Assembly (NCBI GenBank): GCA_963676795.2
Contig: CAXXTB010000001.1
Location: 320,001-384,000, forward strand
Source of the DNA: Geopsychrobacteraceae bacterium
GTDB lineage: Bacteria; Desulfobacterota; Desulfuromonadia; Desulfuromonadales; Geopsychrobacteraceae
Direction of reading: 5' to 3'
DNA: 64,000 nt
Shown: positions 29,355-43,991 of the stretch, in pieces
Layout: the number at the start of each line of letters is the position of its first letter
Position numbering within the stretch: the first letter of the stretch is position 1
Translations under genes and position numbers: made by a program
The notes under the pieces: model-generated
Database searches by the model: none
Seen by the model: the letters and a program-made list of their open reading frames with translations, nothing else
Told to the model about the DNA's origin: nothing

Positions 29355-30098
29355 TTATCCACAGACCGGATTCGGCTGTTTGGCGGGAAGTCTGGTTTTC
29401 TGCCTGATCTTCACGGCGATCCGCGTGTCCCGGGTTTCAACATTGAGCACCAGGGGCAGATGGGTCGAGGCCTGTTTGGCTTCGCGCGTCATGACGACCT
29501 TACCTGATACGGCACGGATCGGCCCGCGAAAGTAGACTCTGTCCCTGGCAAAAACAGGTAAGCGCACAGGAAAATTGGCTCTCCACAAGGGCAGGCCTGC
29601 ACGTCTGAGATGCTCGTTGAGGCGGATCTGACCACCTCCCCACAGAGACAGTCCGAAATCACCGGCAACGATAACCGGGCCCGTCAAGGCAGCATTGCCG
29701 AGCAGGTAATCGGCCAGCAGGGCGCGCAACTGCTCCCGGCGCTGCCAGGGATCGAAGGAGAGAGACAGGTTAAACAGATGAAGGCGCTCGTCGTTGCTGA
29801 TCAGTTCCGCCTTGACGCAACGCGAACCGTAACCGAGAGGTACGGCCTGAACATTTTTCAAAGGATAGCGTGACAGGTAGGCACATTCGCCTTCGGCGTC
29901 GGGACCATAGGCATCCAAGCCGACCTGTTCAGCCAGTAGCTTGACAGAGGTTTCTCCCAGAACAGAGCCGATCTTCTGCAAAAAGACCAGATCGGGTTTT
30001 TCACAGCGAATAATCTCTCCGCAGCGTTCCGGCGCAACGGCCCCTGAAGTATCCATTCCACCGTTGATATAGTAAGTCATAATCCGGTAAATCGACAT
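29355..30098 (-). CDS. Endonuclease/exonuclease/phosphatase family protein (partly degenerate)
   Basis: RIMTYYI, PDLVFLQK, LSRYP, IVAGDFG, STHLPLV; the usual N/E/D catalytic positions appear substituted. Confidence 0.75.
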   Translation of the reverse strand: MSIYRIMTYYINGGMDTSGAVAPERCGEIIRCEKPDLVFLQKIGSVLGETSVKLLAEQVGLDAYGPDAEGECAYLSRYPLKNVQAVPLGYGSRCVKAELISNDERLHLFNLSLSFDPWQRREQLRALLADYLLGNAALTGPVIVAGDFGLSLWGGGQIRLNEHLRRAGLPLWRANFPVRLPVFARDRVYFRGPIRAVSGKVVMTREAKQASTHLPLVLNVETRDTRIAVKIRQKTRLPAKQPNPVCG

Positions 30099-30122
30099 CC
30101 TTCGACTCTTTTGTCTGAAGTT

Positions 30123-30311
30123 GAGTTAGTTTTCATCCGGAAACGGCCCTTTTCCGCTGTGGCGGTGTCAATCTGCGGGCTTGCTTGTGCGGCGTAAAGT
30201 ACTACGCCTCCGCGCAACCCCTTAGTTTCCTAGCCACAACGAAAAAATGCTCGTTTCCAATCTGAAAACTTACGCATTGCCCTCCGGAGTTTCCGGATGG
30301 CAACGAGTTAG
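30123..30311. repeat. Palindromic MITE/REP-like intergenic element
   Basis: Inverted CATCCGGAAAC 30134-30144 / GTTTCCGGATG 30289-30299, long imperfect internal hairpin centred on GGCGTA-aagtac-TACGCC, GAGTTAG at both flanks. Confidence 0.6.
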
Positions 30312-30335
30312 CGTCTCCCGGTCAATGTCTTATTA

Positions 30336-30896
30336 TCACTCAATTCTGCGCACCGATTCAATGATCACAGGCTGGGCTGGATAGTTCTGAAAGGGGCCCT
30401 TGCTTGTGACCCTAACCTTGGCAATCTTCTCAACAACATCCATCCCGGCAACAACCCGGCCGAAAACTGCATAACCATAGGTCTGTGGCGTCGTTCCACG
30501 ATTGTCGAGAAAGACATTATCAACCAGGTTGATAAAAAACTGGCTGGTCGCGCTGTCGACAACGTTGGTCCGGGCCATGGCGATGGTCCCTTTAAAGTTT
30601 TTCAGTCCGTTGGTCGCTTCGTTTTTGATCGGAGCAGCCGTTTGCATGCGCTGATTCTGAACGTCAAAGCCTCCGCCCTGAATCATAAAACCATCAATAA
30701 CCCGGTGAAAGATCGTCCCGTCATAAAACTTCTGATCGACGTACGAGAGAAAATTGGCTACGGTTTCAGGGGCTTTTATGTCATCCAGCTCGATTCTGAT
30801 GACCCCGACATTGGTCTTCACCTCAACCTGCTGACCGGCAAAAGCAGCAACAACAAACAATTGAAAAAACAATGCAAACAAAACCGCTATTCTCAT
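30336..30896 (-). CDS. ppiA: Periplasmic cyclophilin-type peptidyl-prolyl isomerase
   Basis: Signal peptide; FYDGTIFHRVIDGFMIQGGG, GTIAMART, SATSQFFIN, GYAVFGRV. Confidence 0.9.
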   Translation of the reverse strand: MRIAVLFALFFQLFVVAAFAGQQVEVKTNVGVIRIELDDIKAPETVANFLSYVDQKFYDGTIFHRVIDGFMIQGGGFDVQNQRMQTAAPIKNEATNGLKNFKGTIAMARTNVVDSATSQFFINLVDNVFLDNRGTTPQTYGYAVFGRVVAGMDVVEKIAKVRVTSKGPFQNYPAQPVIIESVRRIE

Positions 30897-30909
30897 CTTC
30901 TCCTCCAGG

Positions 30910-31923
30910 TTACTGGCAGACTTTTTCTGCCTTGAGATCTCTCAGCATCAGGTCATTGACCGCCTTCTGAGGCTCCTTGTGGCAATAGAGAATTTCGTAC
31001 ATCTGCTCGATGATCGGAACTTCGACACCTTGTTTCGAGGCCAGCTGATAGGCGGACAGTGTTGTTTTGACCCCTTCGGCGATCATCTGCATGCCGTCAA
31101 GAATCTCATCCAGTTTACGCCCCCGCCCCAGTTCGATTCCGACGGTCCGGTTACGTGACAGATCACCGGTGCAGGTCAGGACCAGGTCCCCCATGCCGGC
31201 CAGACCGGCAAAGGTTTCGGCCTGCCCGCCCAGCTTGAGGCCAAGCCGGGTCATCTCGGCCAGGCCACGGGTGATCAGTGCCGCCCTGGTATTGTGGCCG
31301 AATCCGAGACCATCGGCAACCCCGGCAGCCAGAGCGATAACATTTTTCATTGCTCCGCCGAGCTCGACACCGACGATATCGTTCGAGGTATAGACGCGGA
31401 ATCGGTCGGTGCTGAAAATCTGCTGGATCTCTTCGGCGACAGCATAACCACGGGCCGCAGCGACCACGGCTGTCGGCATGCCGAGACTGACCTCACGGGC
31501 AAAGGAAGGCCCTGAAACAAAGCCGATTCTGGCGTGTAAGTGCTGCGGCATTACCTCTTCGAAAACCTGAGAAAGCAGCATCAGGCTGTCATTTTCGATC
31601 CCCTTGGACGCCGACAGAATCAGTGCTTCAGAAGCGATATGAGGCAGCGCCTGCTCGAGAACCCGGCGGGTGACCTGCGAAGGGGTAACAAACAGCACGA
31701 CCTCCTTGCCACTTACCGCACTGACCAGATCATTCTCAACGCTAAGCTGCTCCGCCAGTTTGAACTCCGGCAGGTAAATATCGTTGACGCCTGTCGTCTG
31801 CATTCTTTCAGCGAGATCTTTCTCAAAACACCAGAGTGTCACCTGGTGGCCTTTGTTCGTCAGCAGATTCGCCAGGGTTGTTCCCCAACTCCCCGCACCG
31901 ATAACGGCAATATTCGATGACAT
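30910..31923 (-). CDS. gpsA: NAD(P)H-dependent glycerol-3-phosphate dehydrogenase
   Basis: IGAGSWGT, SKGIE, SGPSFA, GGAMKNVIA, GDLVLTC...SRN. Confidence 0.96.
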   Translation of the reverse strand: MSSNIAVIGAGSWGTTLANLLTNKGHQVTLWCFEKDLAERMQTTGVNDIYLPEFKLAEQLSVENDLVSAVSGKEVVLFVTPSQVTRRVLEQALPHIASEALILSASKGIENDSLMLLSQVFEEVMPQHLHARIGFVSGPSFAREVSLGMPTAVVAAARGYAVAEEIQQIFSTDRFRVYTSNDIVGVELGGAMKNVIALAAGVADGLGFGHNTRAALITRGLAEMTRLGLKLGGQAETFAGLAGMGDLVLTCTGDLSRNRTVGIELGRGRKLDEILDGMQMIAEGVKTTLSAYQLASKQGVEVPIIEQMYEILYCHKEPQKAVNDLMLRDLKAEKVCQ

Positions 31924-31933
31924 TTTTTATCAC

Positions 31934-32812
31934 CTATTCCTTTGCTGCAATTCTCTTTTCGAGATGTTCAATTTTTTCTCTCAACAGGTCAGGGCGGGAA
32001 AAATCCTCGATACCCCGGTATTTCTGCAATGCATCATGGAGTTTGCCCTGCTCTTCAAGAAGGCTGGCCAGATTGTATTCCACCTCACTACGATAACGGC
32101 TTTGCGGATAATCCTCTACAAGTTTTGTCCAGTCGGCCTGCGCTGCAGTATAACGTTTTTCCAGCAGAGCAAGCCCCCCCTTACGATAGAGTGCTTCATC
32201 CACCAGCTGGCTTTCAGGAAAAAGTTCGAGCAGATTTTCCAGTTCAATGCGCGCCTGGGTATAGTTTTCCAGGTGAAAGTAACAGTCGGCAATTTCGTAA
32301 AGGTATTGGTCCGCTTGAGGAGCGGAATCCTGGTAGAGCTGCTGATAATAGACGATCGCCTGGGAATAGTCGCGTAGCGAATACTTGAAGATCCGGGCAG
32401 CTTCTTCCTGGGCGGCATGAAGCAGCTGGCTTTGCGGGTAATCATGCTCCAGAGTCAGGTAACTTAACAACGCCTGACGCACATCACGCAGATCGTATTG
32501 CCAGAGTTTACCGATTCGGTAGAGTGCTTCTTCAGCCTGTGCCGAATGAGGGTAATCGGCAACGATCTTCTGATAGGTTTTGCTCGCTTCGCTCAGCTGC
32601 TGATGCGCTTCCTGCCTGGTGCCCCGTTCAAGTAGCTTCTGTGGAACGGCTGACCATTGGTGAATGAACCCGTAGTAACCACCAATGGCCAGTACAACGA
32701 CAATCAGAACAATCCGCAGACCATTCCAGAAAGCCTTATTCTTCCGACACGTCTCCCGCCTCTGATTCCTGAGCTCCTGCTTCAATTGCTTCTTCAGCTT
32801 GTTCAGACTCAT
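31934..32812 (-). CDS. Membrane-anchored TPR protein (CpoB/BamD-like repeats); start uncertain
   Basis: N-terminal TM helix, repeated YP.S...EALY TPR motifs; the nearest in-frame ATG lies inside the 3' end of gyrA. Confidence 0.75.
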   Translation of the reverse strand: MSLNKLKKQLKQELRNQRRETCRKNKAFWNGLRIVLIVVVLAIGGYYGFIHQWSAVPQKLLERGTRQEAHQQLSEASKTYQKIVADYPHSAQAEEALYRIGKLWQYDLRDVRQALLSYLTLEHDYPQSQLLHAAQEEAARIFKYSLRDYSQAIVYYQQLYQDSAPQADQYLYEIADCYFHLENYTQARIELENLLELFPESQLVDEALYRKGGLALLEKRYTAAQADWTKLVEDYPQSRYRSEVEYNLASLLEEQGKLHDALQKYRGIEDFSRPDLLREKIEHLEKRIAAKE

Positions 32813-35249
32813 CAGCGTTGTCCTTTTCAGCCAGCTTGGCAACAGAGACGATAAACTCGTCCTCTTCCAGGACCATCATCCGGACCCCTTGGGTATTGCG
32901 TCCGATTGAACGGAAGTTTTTGACTGCGGTTCTGAGCAGCTTGCCGCGGTTGGTGATAAACATCAGGTCGGAATCCTCATCGACCATCTTGATATCGACA
33001 ACACGACCGTTACGCTCGCTGGTCTTTATGGTGATAATCCCTTTACCGCCACGGCTCTGAACTCGATATTCCTCGATATCGGTGCGCTTTCCATAGCCAT
33101 TTTCGGTGATCGTCACCAGCGCCAGTGAAGTACTGTCGGTGACCGACTGCAGGCCGATGACCTCATCATCCCCTTCGAGGTTCATACCGCGTACACCGCG
33201 GGCCGGGCGGCCCATCGGCCGGACATCACTTTCCGGGAAGCGGATCGATTTACCGTTACGGGTGGCGAGCAGCAGATCGCGCTTGCCGTCGGTCAGACGG
33301 GCCTCGATCAGATGATCGTCGTCATCGATGGTCAGGGCGATAATCCCGCCGCTACGCGGATTTGAATAGGCCATCAGATCGGTTTTCTTGATGATCCCCT
33401 TGGCTGTCGCGGTGACGATGTACTTTCCTTCTTCGAAGGTCTTGACCGGCAGAATGGTCATGACCTTCTCTTCTGGAGCCAGCTGCAGCAGGTTGACGAT
33501 CGCCTTGCCACGCGATGCACGGCCGCCCTGCGGAATCTCGTGGACCTTGAGCCAGTAGACCTTGCCCAGATCGGTAAACACCAGCACGTAGGAGTGAGTC
33601 GAGGCGATGAAGAGGTTTTCGACGAAATCCTCTTCCTTCGGCTTGATGCCACTCTTGCCTTTGCCGCCACGGCGCTGAGCCCGATAGAGGGAAACCGCAT
33701 TACGCTTGATGTAGCCGCCGTGGGTAACAGTAACGACCATATCCTCTTCGACGATCATATCTTCGAGGGTCAGGTCGGCGCTTCTGTCAAGGATCTCGGT
33801 ACGCCGAGGATTCGCGAATTTTTCCTGAACTTCGATCAGTTCCTCTTTAATGATCTTGAGAATCTCGACCTCACTGGCCAGAATCTCCTTGAGACGGGCG
33901 ATCAGGGCGAGAATTTCACGCAGCTCTTCCAGTATTTTTTCCTGTTCGAGACCGGTCAGGCGATGCAGACGCATGTTGAGAATTTCCTGCGCCTGTATTT
34001 CAGAGAAGCCAAAGCGCCCCATCAAACTGATCTTTGCCTCAGCCGGCGTCTTGCTCGACTTGATGATCTGAATGACTTCGTCCAGATTATCAAGAGCGAT
34101 CTTGAAGCCCTGCAAAATATGTTCGCGTGCTTCGGCCTTTTTCAGCTCGAAGATACAGCGGCGGGTGACAATTTCACGCCGGTGATCAATAAAGCTGTTG
34201 AGCACTTCACGCAGAGTCAGGATTTTCGGCTGACCGGAAATAATCGCCAGCATGATGATGCCGAAAGAAGACTGCATGGCGGTCATCTTGTAAAGCTGGT
34301 TGATGATGACGCCTGGTACGGTATCCTTCTTCAGCTCAATGACTATCCGCATCCCGTCGCGGTCCGACTCATCACGCAGATCGGAAATTCCTTCGATCTT
34401 CTTCTCCTTAACCAGATCAGCCATCTTTTCGATCAGTTTAGCCTTGTTGACCTGGTAGGGGATCTCCGTGACGACAATCGCTTCGCGTCCACTGCGACGA
34501 TCAACCTCGACGATGGCGCGGGCACGCATCTGAACGATGCCGCGGCCAGTCTTGTAGGCTTCCTTGATTCCTTCACGGCCATTGATAAAACCGGCGGTCG
34601 GAAAATCAGGACCAGGGATGATGTCAATCAAATCATCGTCATTCAAACGCGGGTCATCGATCAGGGCAACCAGGCCATTGATGACTTCTCCGAGGTTGTG
34701 GGGTGGTATCTTGGTTGCCATCCCGACTGCGATCCCCTCCGAACCGTTGACCAGCAAGTTGGGAAACTTGCAGGGAAGGACCAACGGCTCTTCCAGCGAA
34801 TCATCGTAGTTTGGACCGTAGTCAACAGTTTCTTTTTCGATGTCGGCCAGCAGCTCATGAGCCAGTTTGTCCATGCGAATTTCGGTGTAACGCATCGCGG
34901 CAGCAGAGTCACCGTCAATCGAACCGAAGTTACCCTGGCCATCGACCAGCGGGTGACGCATGGAGAAATCCTGGGCCATCCGGACGATTGTGTCATAGAC
35001 TGCACTGTCACCGTGCGGGTGATACTTACCGATAACGTCACCGACGACACGTGCCGATTTCTTGTATGGCTTGTTATAATCGTTACCAAGGTCATGCATG
35101 GCATAAAGAATCCGGCGGTGAACCGGCTTCAATCCGTCACGGACATCCGGCAGCGCACGTCCGACGATAACGCTCATCGCGTAGTCCATGTAGGACTTGC
35201 GCATTTCATCAACAATGTTGACGGTCACTTTGTTCTGTTCAGTCAGCAT
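32736..35249 (-). CDS. gyrA: DNA gyrase subunit A
   Basis: [30 protein letters not shown], GyrA box QRRGGKG. Confidence 0.98.
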   Translation of the reverse strand: MLTEQNKVTVNIVDEMRKSYMDYAMSVIVGRALPDVRDGLKPVHRRILYAMHDLGNDYNKPYKKSARVVGDVIGKYHPHGDSAVYDTIVRMAQDFSMRHPLVDGQGNFGSIDGDSAAAMRYTEIRMDKLAHELLADIEKETVDYGPNYDDSLEEPLVLPCKFPNLLVNGSEGIAVGMATKIPPHNLGEVINGLVALIDDPRLNDDDLIDIIPGPDFPTAGFINGREGIKEAYKTGRGIVQMRARAIVEVDRRSGREAIVVTEIPYQVNKAKLIEKMADLVKEKKIEGISDLRDESDRDGMRIVIELKKDTVPGVIINQLYKMTAMQSSFGIIMLAIISGQPKILTLREVLNSFIDHRREIVTRRCIFELKKAEAREHILQGFKIALDNLDEVIQIIKSSKTPAEAKISLMGRFGFSEIQAQEILNMRLHRLTGLEQEKILEELREILALIARLKEILASEVEILKIIKEELIEVQEKFANPRRTEILDRSADLTLEDMIVEEDMVVTVTHGGYIKRNAVSLYRAQRRGGKGKSGIKPKEEDFVENLFIASTHSYVLVFTDLGKVYWLKVHEIPQGGRASRGKAIVNLLQLAPEEKVMTILPVKTFEEGKYIVTATAKGIIKKTDLMAYSNPRSGGIIALTIDDDDHLIEARLTDGKRDLLLATRNGKSIRFPESDVRPMGRPARGVRGMNLEGDDEVIGLQSVTDSTSLALVTITENGYGKRTDIEEYRVQSRGGKGIITIKTSERNGRVVDIKMVDEDSDLMFITNRGKLLRTAVKNFRSIGRNTQGVRMMVLEEDEFIVSVAKLAEKDNADESEQAEEAIEAGAQESEAGDVSEE

Positions 35250-35283
35250 CTATTCCTCCAAACTTCCGCAAGGAAGTCATGAA

Positions 35284-38734
<3,451 letters not shown>

Positions 38735-38740
38735 TTAAAT

Positions 38741-39844
38741 CTAAATTCTCATTGGCATAATTACCGTAATGTAATTTTCATCGTTCAACGGACTGATAAG
38801 TCCTGGTGAAATATTGTCTTTAAGAAACAAATTTACAGAATCTGTTTTTATAACTTGTAAAATATCAATTATATATCGAGCATTAAAGCCGATAGTAATA
38901 TCATCACCAATATAATCAATTTCTATTTCTTCTCTTGCATCACCCAGATCTGGATTTGAAGAACTGAGAACTAACAGGTTTTTACTTATAGATACTTTTA
39001 TACCTTTTGATTTTTCACTGGATAGAATAGAAATCCTTCTCAAAGCATGTAAGAAATTTTCTCTTTTGATTTCAGCAACATTCTTTCCTTTTTCGGGTAT
39101 GACTCTTTTATAGTCCGGAAAATCCCCATCTACCATTCGCATGATCAGCGTGCTTTGATCATTTGATATTGAAAAATTATTATCTGTTACACCTATATGA
39201 ATTAAAGAATCTGTAATTTCTATCAACTTTCTGAATTCTAAAATTCCTTTTTTAGGTAAGATAAATCCTTTTTGAAATTTCTCTTCGTTTAAACCATCAA
39301 CGGAACTTTTTGAAAGTGAAAGTCTATGACCGTCTGTAGAAACAAAATTAAGGAAGCCATCTTCATTTTTTATGAATATACCTGTAAGATTAAATTTAGT
39401 TTCGTCATTAGAAACTGAGAATATTGTTTTCTCAATCATTTCACTAATAATATTTTTATCTATTATAACTTTATTTGTATTTATTTCTGGAAATTTTGGA
39501 AAGTCGTCTGGAGATAAACCAACCAAGTTAAATAATGATTTTTCACATTTAATTTCTACCCAGTAATTATTTTTCGTAGTTATATTTATTACACTATCGG
39601 GAAGTTCTTTAATAATTTCGAATAGTTTTTTAGCCGAAATAGTAATCTTTCCTGATTCTATAATGTCTGCTTCATAAGTGGATTTTACTCCTACTTCAAG
39701 ATCTGTAGCAGTCATGATTATTTGATTGTTTATAGCTTCTATAAGTACGTTTGCGAGTATTGGAATAGTGTGCTTTTTTTCAATGATTCCCTGAACTTTG
39801 TTTAAAGCTTTTAGAAATTGGTCTTTGCTAATATTGAATTGCAT
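38741..39844 (-). CDS. dnaN: DNA polymerase III beta clamp
   Basis: PILANVL, ATDLE, STDGHRL, FPDYKRVIP, IGFNARY, VIMPMRI. Confidence 0.97.
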   Translation of the reverse strand: MQFNISKDQFLKALNKVQGIIEKKHTIPILANVLIEAINNQIIMTATDLEVGVKSTYEADIIESGKITISAKKLFEIIKELPDSVINITTKNNYWVEIKCEKSLFNLVGLSPDDFPKFPEINTNKVIIDKNIISEMIEKTIFSVSNDETKFNLTGIFIKNEDGFLNFVSTDGHRLSLSKSSVDGLNEEKFQKGFILPKKGILEFRKLIEITDSLIHIGVTDNNFSISNDQSTLIMRMVDGDFPDYKRVIPEKGKNVAEIKRENFLHALRRISILSSEKSKGIKVSISKNLLVLSSSNPDLGDAREEIEIDYIGDDITIGFNARYIIDILQVIKTDSVNLFLKDNISPGLISPLNDENYITVIMPMRI

Positions 39845-40061
39845 CGTTATCCTCCGTCTTGTCTACTATATCTAATTATATTTAAAATCTTTTTAGTAGT
39901 AGTAATAGGTCCTGTTTATACCTAGGAAATCGTTTAAATAGCTGATTTTTCGTAAAAATTTTCATTTATAAGTTGTGGATAAACTGCACTGTTTAATCAC
40001 AACTTATCTTGAAAATTTTCTAATAATCTACATATCCACAATTTGGGGTCGATTGTCCACA
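39845..40061. other. oriC, dnaA-dnaN part: AT-rich unwinding element, DnaA-trios and DnaA boxes
   Basis: TAGTAGTAGTAATAG 39894-39908; TGTGGATAA 39974-39982; ATATCCACA 40032-40040; TTGTCCACA 40053-40061. Confidence 0.88.
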
Positions 40062-41432
40062 TCAGATACTTAATCTTTCCATAAGTTTTTCAACAAGCGT
40101 TTTTGTGTAGACATCTTCTTCCATTTTTTTCTCAATTTTTTTGATGGCATGAATGATTGTTGAGTGATCTTTGCCACCAAACTTGGTACCTATTTCCGGG
40201 TATGACAGATCTGTTAATTTTCTGCAGATATACATTGCAATTTGCCTGGGCAATACAAGATTCTTCAATCTTTTTGAGGACTTAAGTTCATTAACTCTAA
40301 TTTGAAAATTTTCAGCAACGAGTTTTTGAATTTTTTCAATCGTTATTTCTTTACTGTTCTCAACGATTATGTCCTTAAGAATTGTTTTTGCCATTTCAAG
40401 GTCAATCGGTGTTGCAGTAAGGCTTGCATAGGCCCCGATTCGGATCAGATATCCTTCGAGTTCCCTGACATTACTGGTGATAGAGCTTGCCAGGAAATAT
40501 AAAACGTCTTCAGGTATATCAATGCAGTTCTGATCTGCTTTCATCTTCAGAATTGCTTGCTTTGTTTCTGTATCAGGTGCTTGTATATCTGCAATCAATC
40601 CCCACTCAAAACGGGAGCGTAACCTTTCTTCAAGGTCCGGTATTTCCTTAGGGAATTTGTCCGAAGTAACAACGATCTGTTTGTGAGATTCATAGAGTGC
40701 ATTAAAAGTGTGGAAGAATTCTTCTTGAGTACTTTTTTTACCTGCAATGAATTGTATATCGTCTATAAGAAGGACATCAATGGATCTGAACTTATTTCTA
40801 AAATCGTCCATTTTACCATGTCTCAGAGAGTTAATAAGTTCATTGGTGAACTTTTCAGATGAATAATAACAAATTTTTATATTATGATCCTGTCTTATAA
40901 GTTCATTACCTATTGCATTTACAAGGTGAGTTTTTCCAAGTCCTACACCTCCGTATATAAATAGTGGATTATAAGTTGTTGCCGGATTATTTGAAACCGC
41001 TAGAGAAGCAGCATGGGCAAATTGATTAGTAGGACCTGATACAAATGTATCGAATGTATATTTTGGATTTAAATTTGATACTTCAATCGTTTCTTTTTTA
41101 TACGTATTGATTTGAGGTTTAGATACCTCTTCCTTATGAGATTCTTCGATTATTTCTGGCAAATCATCAATTAATATTTTCTTTATTATAATATTCTTAT
41201 TTACTTTTAATATTATATTATATTTTTTATCTGAAATTTCGAATAGAACTTTTTCAATGGTTGCTTTGTAGTTGTCCTTAACCCAATCTTTTATAAACTT
41301 ATTATTTGTTTCTAATATTAGATTTAGATCAACAACTTCTGACACCTGTAATGGTTCAATCCAGGTAGAAAAATTCTGTTCATTAAAGTTTTTTTTCAGC
41401 TCTATAAGAGCTTTATTCCAAAGTTCGTTCAT
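40062..41432 (-). CDS. dnaA: Chromosomal replication initiator DnaA
   Basis: LNPKYTFDTFV, YNPLFIYGGVGLGKTHL, LLIDDIQF, RLRSRFEWGL, GGKDHSTIIHA; start ATG 41432. Confidence 0.98.
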   Translation of the reverse strand: MNELWNKALIELKKNFNEQNFSTWIEPLQVSEVVDLNLILETNNKFIKDWVKDNYKATIEKVLFEISDKKYNIILKVNKNIIIKKILIDDLPEIIEESHKEEVSKPQINTYKKETIEVSNLNPKYTFDTFVSGPTNQFAHAASLAVSNNPATTYNPLFIYGGVGLGKTHLVNAIGNELIRQDHNIKICYYSSEKFTNELINSLRHGKMDDFRNKFRSIDVLLIDDIQFIAGKKSTQEEFFHTFNALYESHKQIVVTSDKFPKEIPDLEERLRSRFEWGLIADIQAPDTETKQAILKMKADQNCIDIPEDVLYFLASSITSNVRELEGYLIRIGAYASLTATPIDLEMAKTILKDIIVENSKEITIEKIQKLVAENFQIRVNELKSSKRLKNLVLPRQIAMYICRKLTDLSYPEIGTKFGGKDHSTIIHAIKKIEKKMEEDVYTKTLVEKLMERLSI

Positions 41433-41435
41433 TTT

Positions 41436-41544
41436 TAATCCACAACTTATTAACAACTGTGTATAATTTTGTTGTTTTTTAAATAACTGAAATTTAATAG
41501 AAAAATTGATATTACAAACAGTTTTAACTGATTGTTGTAGATAA
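41436..41544. promoter_or_regulatory. DnaA-box cluster upstream of dnaA (autoregulation or second oriC half)
   Basis: TAATCCACA 41436, TTATTAACA 41447, TGTGTATAA 41458, TGTAGATAA 41536. Confidence 0.75.
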
Positions 41545-41657
41545 CTATAGACCGAATTCAGCCGCCTGTCAGTAAAATTTTCTGACGATTTTTTGTTGAC
41601 TTAGCGCGCCTTTTATGATTAAAAGCACTGTTTTTGTAACTAAAGGAGGATACAGCT

Positions 41658-41810
41658 ATGTCTAAAAGAACTTACCAACCGAGCCGAATCAAGCGTAAGC
41701 GGACTCATGGTTTCAGAAAACGGATGCAAACCAAAAACGGACGTCAGGTCATCAACAGACGTCGTTCACGTGGTAGAAAATCACTGACTGTTTCTATTCC
41801 GCAGAAGTGA
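41658..41810 (+). CDS. rpmH: 50S ribosomal protein L34
   Basis: Below the ORF-track cutoff; manual translation [59 protein letters not shown]. Confidence 0.97.
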   Translation: MSKRTYQPSRIKRKRTHGFRKRMQTKNGRQVINRRRSRGRKSLTVSIPQK

Positions 41811-41811
41811 T

Positions 41812-42150
41812 ATGAATCAAAGGTTTCCTGGTGACTCTCGATTAAAGAAGTCCTGGGAATTCAAACGGATTGATAAGATGGGGTGTAAATTTCATACACC
41901 CCATTTTGTTCTTTTGCTTGAAAAAACTTCGTGCACACAGTCACGCCTCGGTGTAACAGTCAGTAAGAAAGTTGGTAATGCTGTTATTCGAAATCGACTG
42001 AAAAGACAGATCAGGGAATTTTTCAGAACAAATTTGTCCTGTTTAAATTCATATGATTTCGTAATAATTGCAAAAAGAAATGCGTCTCAGATAAGTTCAT
42101 CACTTATTCAAAATGAATTGTCTTTTCTAAGGACTATGAATTTGGATTAA
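41812..42150 (+). CDS. rnpA: Ribonuclease P protein component
   Basis: [25 protein letters not shown]. Confidence 0.96.
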   Translation: MNQRFPGDSRLKKSWEFKRIDKMGCKFHTPHFVLLLEKTSCTQSRLGVTVSKKVGNAVIRNRLKRQIREFFRTNLSCLNSYDFVIIAKRNASQISSSLIQNELSFLRTMNLD

Positions 42151-42154
42151 AACG

Positions 42155-42397
42155 ATGAAATCGTTGCTAATATATTTAGTAAAATTATACCGTCTTTGCA
42201 TTTCTCCTCTATATCCGCCCTGTTGTCGTTTTTATCCGTCATGCTCTACCTATGCAATCGATGCACTTAAAATTCATGGTGTATTTAAAGGATCTGCACT
42301 TTCTGTTTACAGAATATTAAGGTGCCATCCTTTATGTTCAGGTGGTTATGACCCTGTTCCTCCTATAAATAATCGGGAAATCACTCATGGAAAGTAA
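42155..42397 (+). CDS. yidD: Membrane protein insertion efficiency factor
   Basis: [24 protein letters not shown]. Confidence 0.95.
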   Translation: MKSLLIYLVKLYRLCISPLYPPCCRFYPSCSTYAIDALKIHGVFKGSALSVYRILRCHPLCSGGYDPVPPINNREITHGK

Positions 42398-43982
42398 AAG
42401 AACAATCATTGCCATTGTTTTAATCATGGTCCTCTGGTCGGTTTACACTATTTTCTTTACACCTAAGCAGTCAGAGCAAAACGCTGTTAACGATGATATT
42501 ACTGCTACAGAGATTATTCCCGCGAAACAAGAATCTGCTAGTGTTCCTGCTTCTGTTGATTCAACTTTGTCCGTTTCTGAGCAAGCTGTAGATATTCCTC
42601 ATCGTCAGATCAGGGTTATCTCTGACAATTATGTCTATATTCTTGATTCGATGGGGGCTTCGGTTTCCAGTGTTGAGTTGACGCGTTACAAAGAGACACA
42701 TGATGAGGATTCCACTGATAAATTCTTGTTTTCAGATGAGAATCCCAATACTTTCATTCTGTCCGGTTCTGATGGTCTATATTTTCCTGAATCTATAAAC
42801 TATGCGTTGGCTGAAGGCACACCAGATGAAATCACTGTTAACAATGATTCGTCCGATGTTGTTTTCGTTATGACTTTCAACGGCGTTCAGGTGACCAAAA
42901 CATACAGGTTCAATGCTGACAATTACAATTTTGACCTTTTGGTCAGTGTTGCTAATGTTTCAGACATAATTCAACAGGGTCGCATCAACCTGAGCCATAA
43001 GCATAATCATATTGAGGATGATAAATCTCAGGCGCGCTCTTTTTATGGTCCCGTATCCTATTCTTCTGGAAAACTCATTGAGGACAAGACTAAAAATCTA
43101 GACTCTGCTAAGATTTATCCGGAAAATACAATCTGGTCCGGATATATGACCAAATATTTCATCTCAGCCGTTGCACCAGTCGATAATTTTGACACTGTCA
43201 GGGTGTCATATAATCAGACTTTTGTGGAAAACCTGTTTACTTCTAAATCCTTTTCTTTGAATCCCGGTAATACGTCAAATTTTTCTTATTCCGCATATAT
43301 CGGTCCTAAGGAGATTGAACACCTGACAGCGGCTGACCATAATTATGTGGAATCTATACATTACGGGTTTCTCCAACCGCTGTCTAAACCGTTGATGTCG
43401 GTTCTGCGGTTCTTCTACAGTTACCTCGGCAATTACGGTTTTGCAATTATCCTGCTGACGGTTTGTATCAAGCTCATTTTCTGGCCTTTGACCCAGAAGA
43501 GCTACAAATCAATGCGCGGGATGCAGAAGCTTCAGCCTGAGATGAAAAAAATCCGTGAGAAATATGCTTCTGACAAGCAGAAGATGAATCAGGAAATCAT
43601 GAAGTTTTATAAGGAGCAAAAGGTCAGCCCACTTGGTGGCTGCTTGCCTATGGTCATCCAGATTCCTGTTTTCTTCGCCTTATATAGCGCTCTTATGGGT
43701 GCAATAGAGCTTCGTCATGCACCTTTCCTGCTGTGGATTACAGATCTTTCGGCTAAAGATCCTTACTACGTCACACCTATTATTATGGGCGTGACAATGT
43801 TCCTGCAACAAAAGATGACGCCGACCAGTCTTGATCCAACGCAGGAAAAGTTGATGCTTTTCATGCCGATCATTTTTACCGTTATGTTTTTGAATTTTCC
43901 GTCTGGTCTCGTTGTTTACTGGCTTATCAATAACTTGCTGACGATCCTTCAACAATACCTGATCCGTCGTCAGACCAGCTGA
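42387..43982 (+). CDS. yidC: Membrane protein insertase
   Basis: [48 protein letters not shown]. Confidence 0.97.
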   Translation: MESKRTIIAIVLIMVLWSVYTIFFTPKQSEQNAVNDDITATEIIPAKQESASVPASVDSTLSVSEQAVDIPHRQIRVISDNYVYILDSMGASVSSVELTRYKETHDEDSTDKFLFSDENPNTFILSGSDGLYFPESINYALAEGTPDEITVNNDSSDVVFVMTFNGVQVTKTYRFNADNYNFDLLVSVANVSDIIQQGRINLSHKHNHIEDDKSQARSFYGPVSYSSGKLIEDKTKNLDSAKIYPENTIWSGYMTKYFISAVAPVDNFDTVRVSYNQTFVENLFTSKSFSLNPGNTSNFSYSAYIGPKEIEHLTAADHNYVESIHYGFLQPLSKPLMSVLRFFYSYLGNYGFAIILLTVCIKLIFWPLTQKSYKSMRGMQKLQPEMKKIREKYASDKQKMNQEIMKFYKEQKVSPLGGCLPMVIQIPVFFALYSALMGAIELRHAPFLLWITDLSAKDPYYVTPIIMGVTMFLQQKMTPTSLDPTQEKLMLFMPIIFTVMFLNFPSGLVVYWLINNLLTILQQYLIRRQTS

Positions 43983-43991
43983 TGATCTATT

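Noticed and set aside
33540..35282. 580-aa plus-strand ORF antisense to gyrA (similar shadows over atpD, acnA, phoA, the radical SAM gene and 6465-7361)
   Set aside because: No motifs; lies fully opposite well-conserved genes
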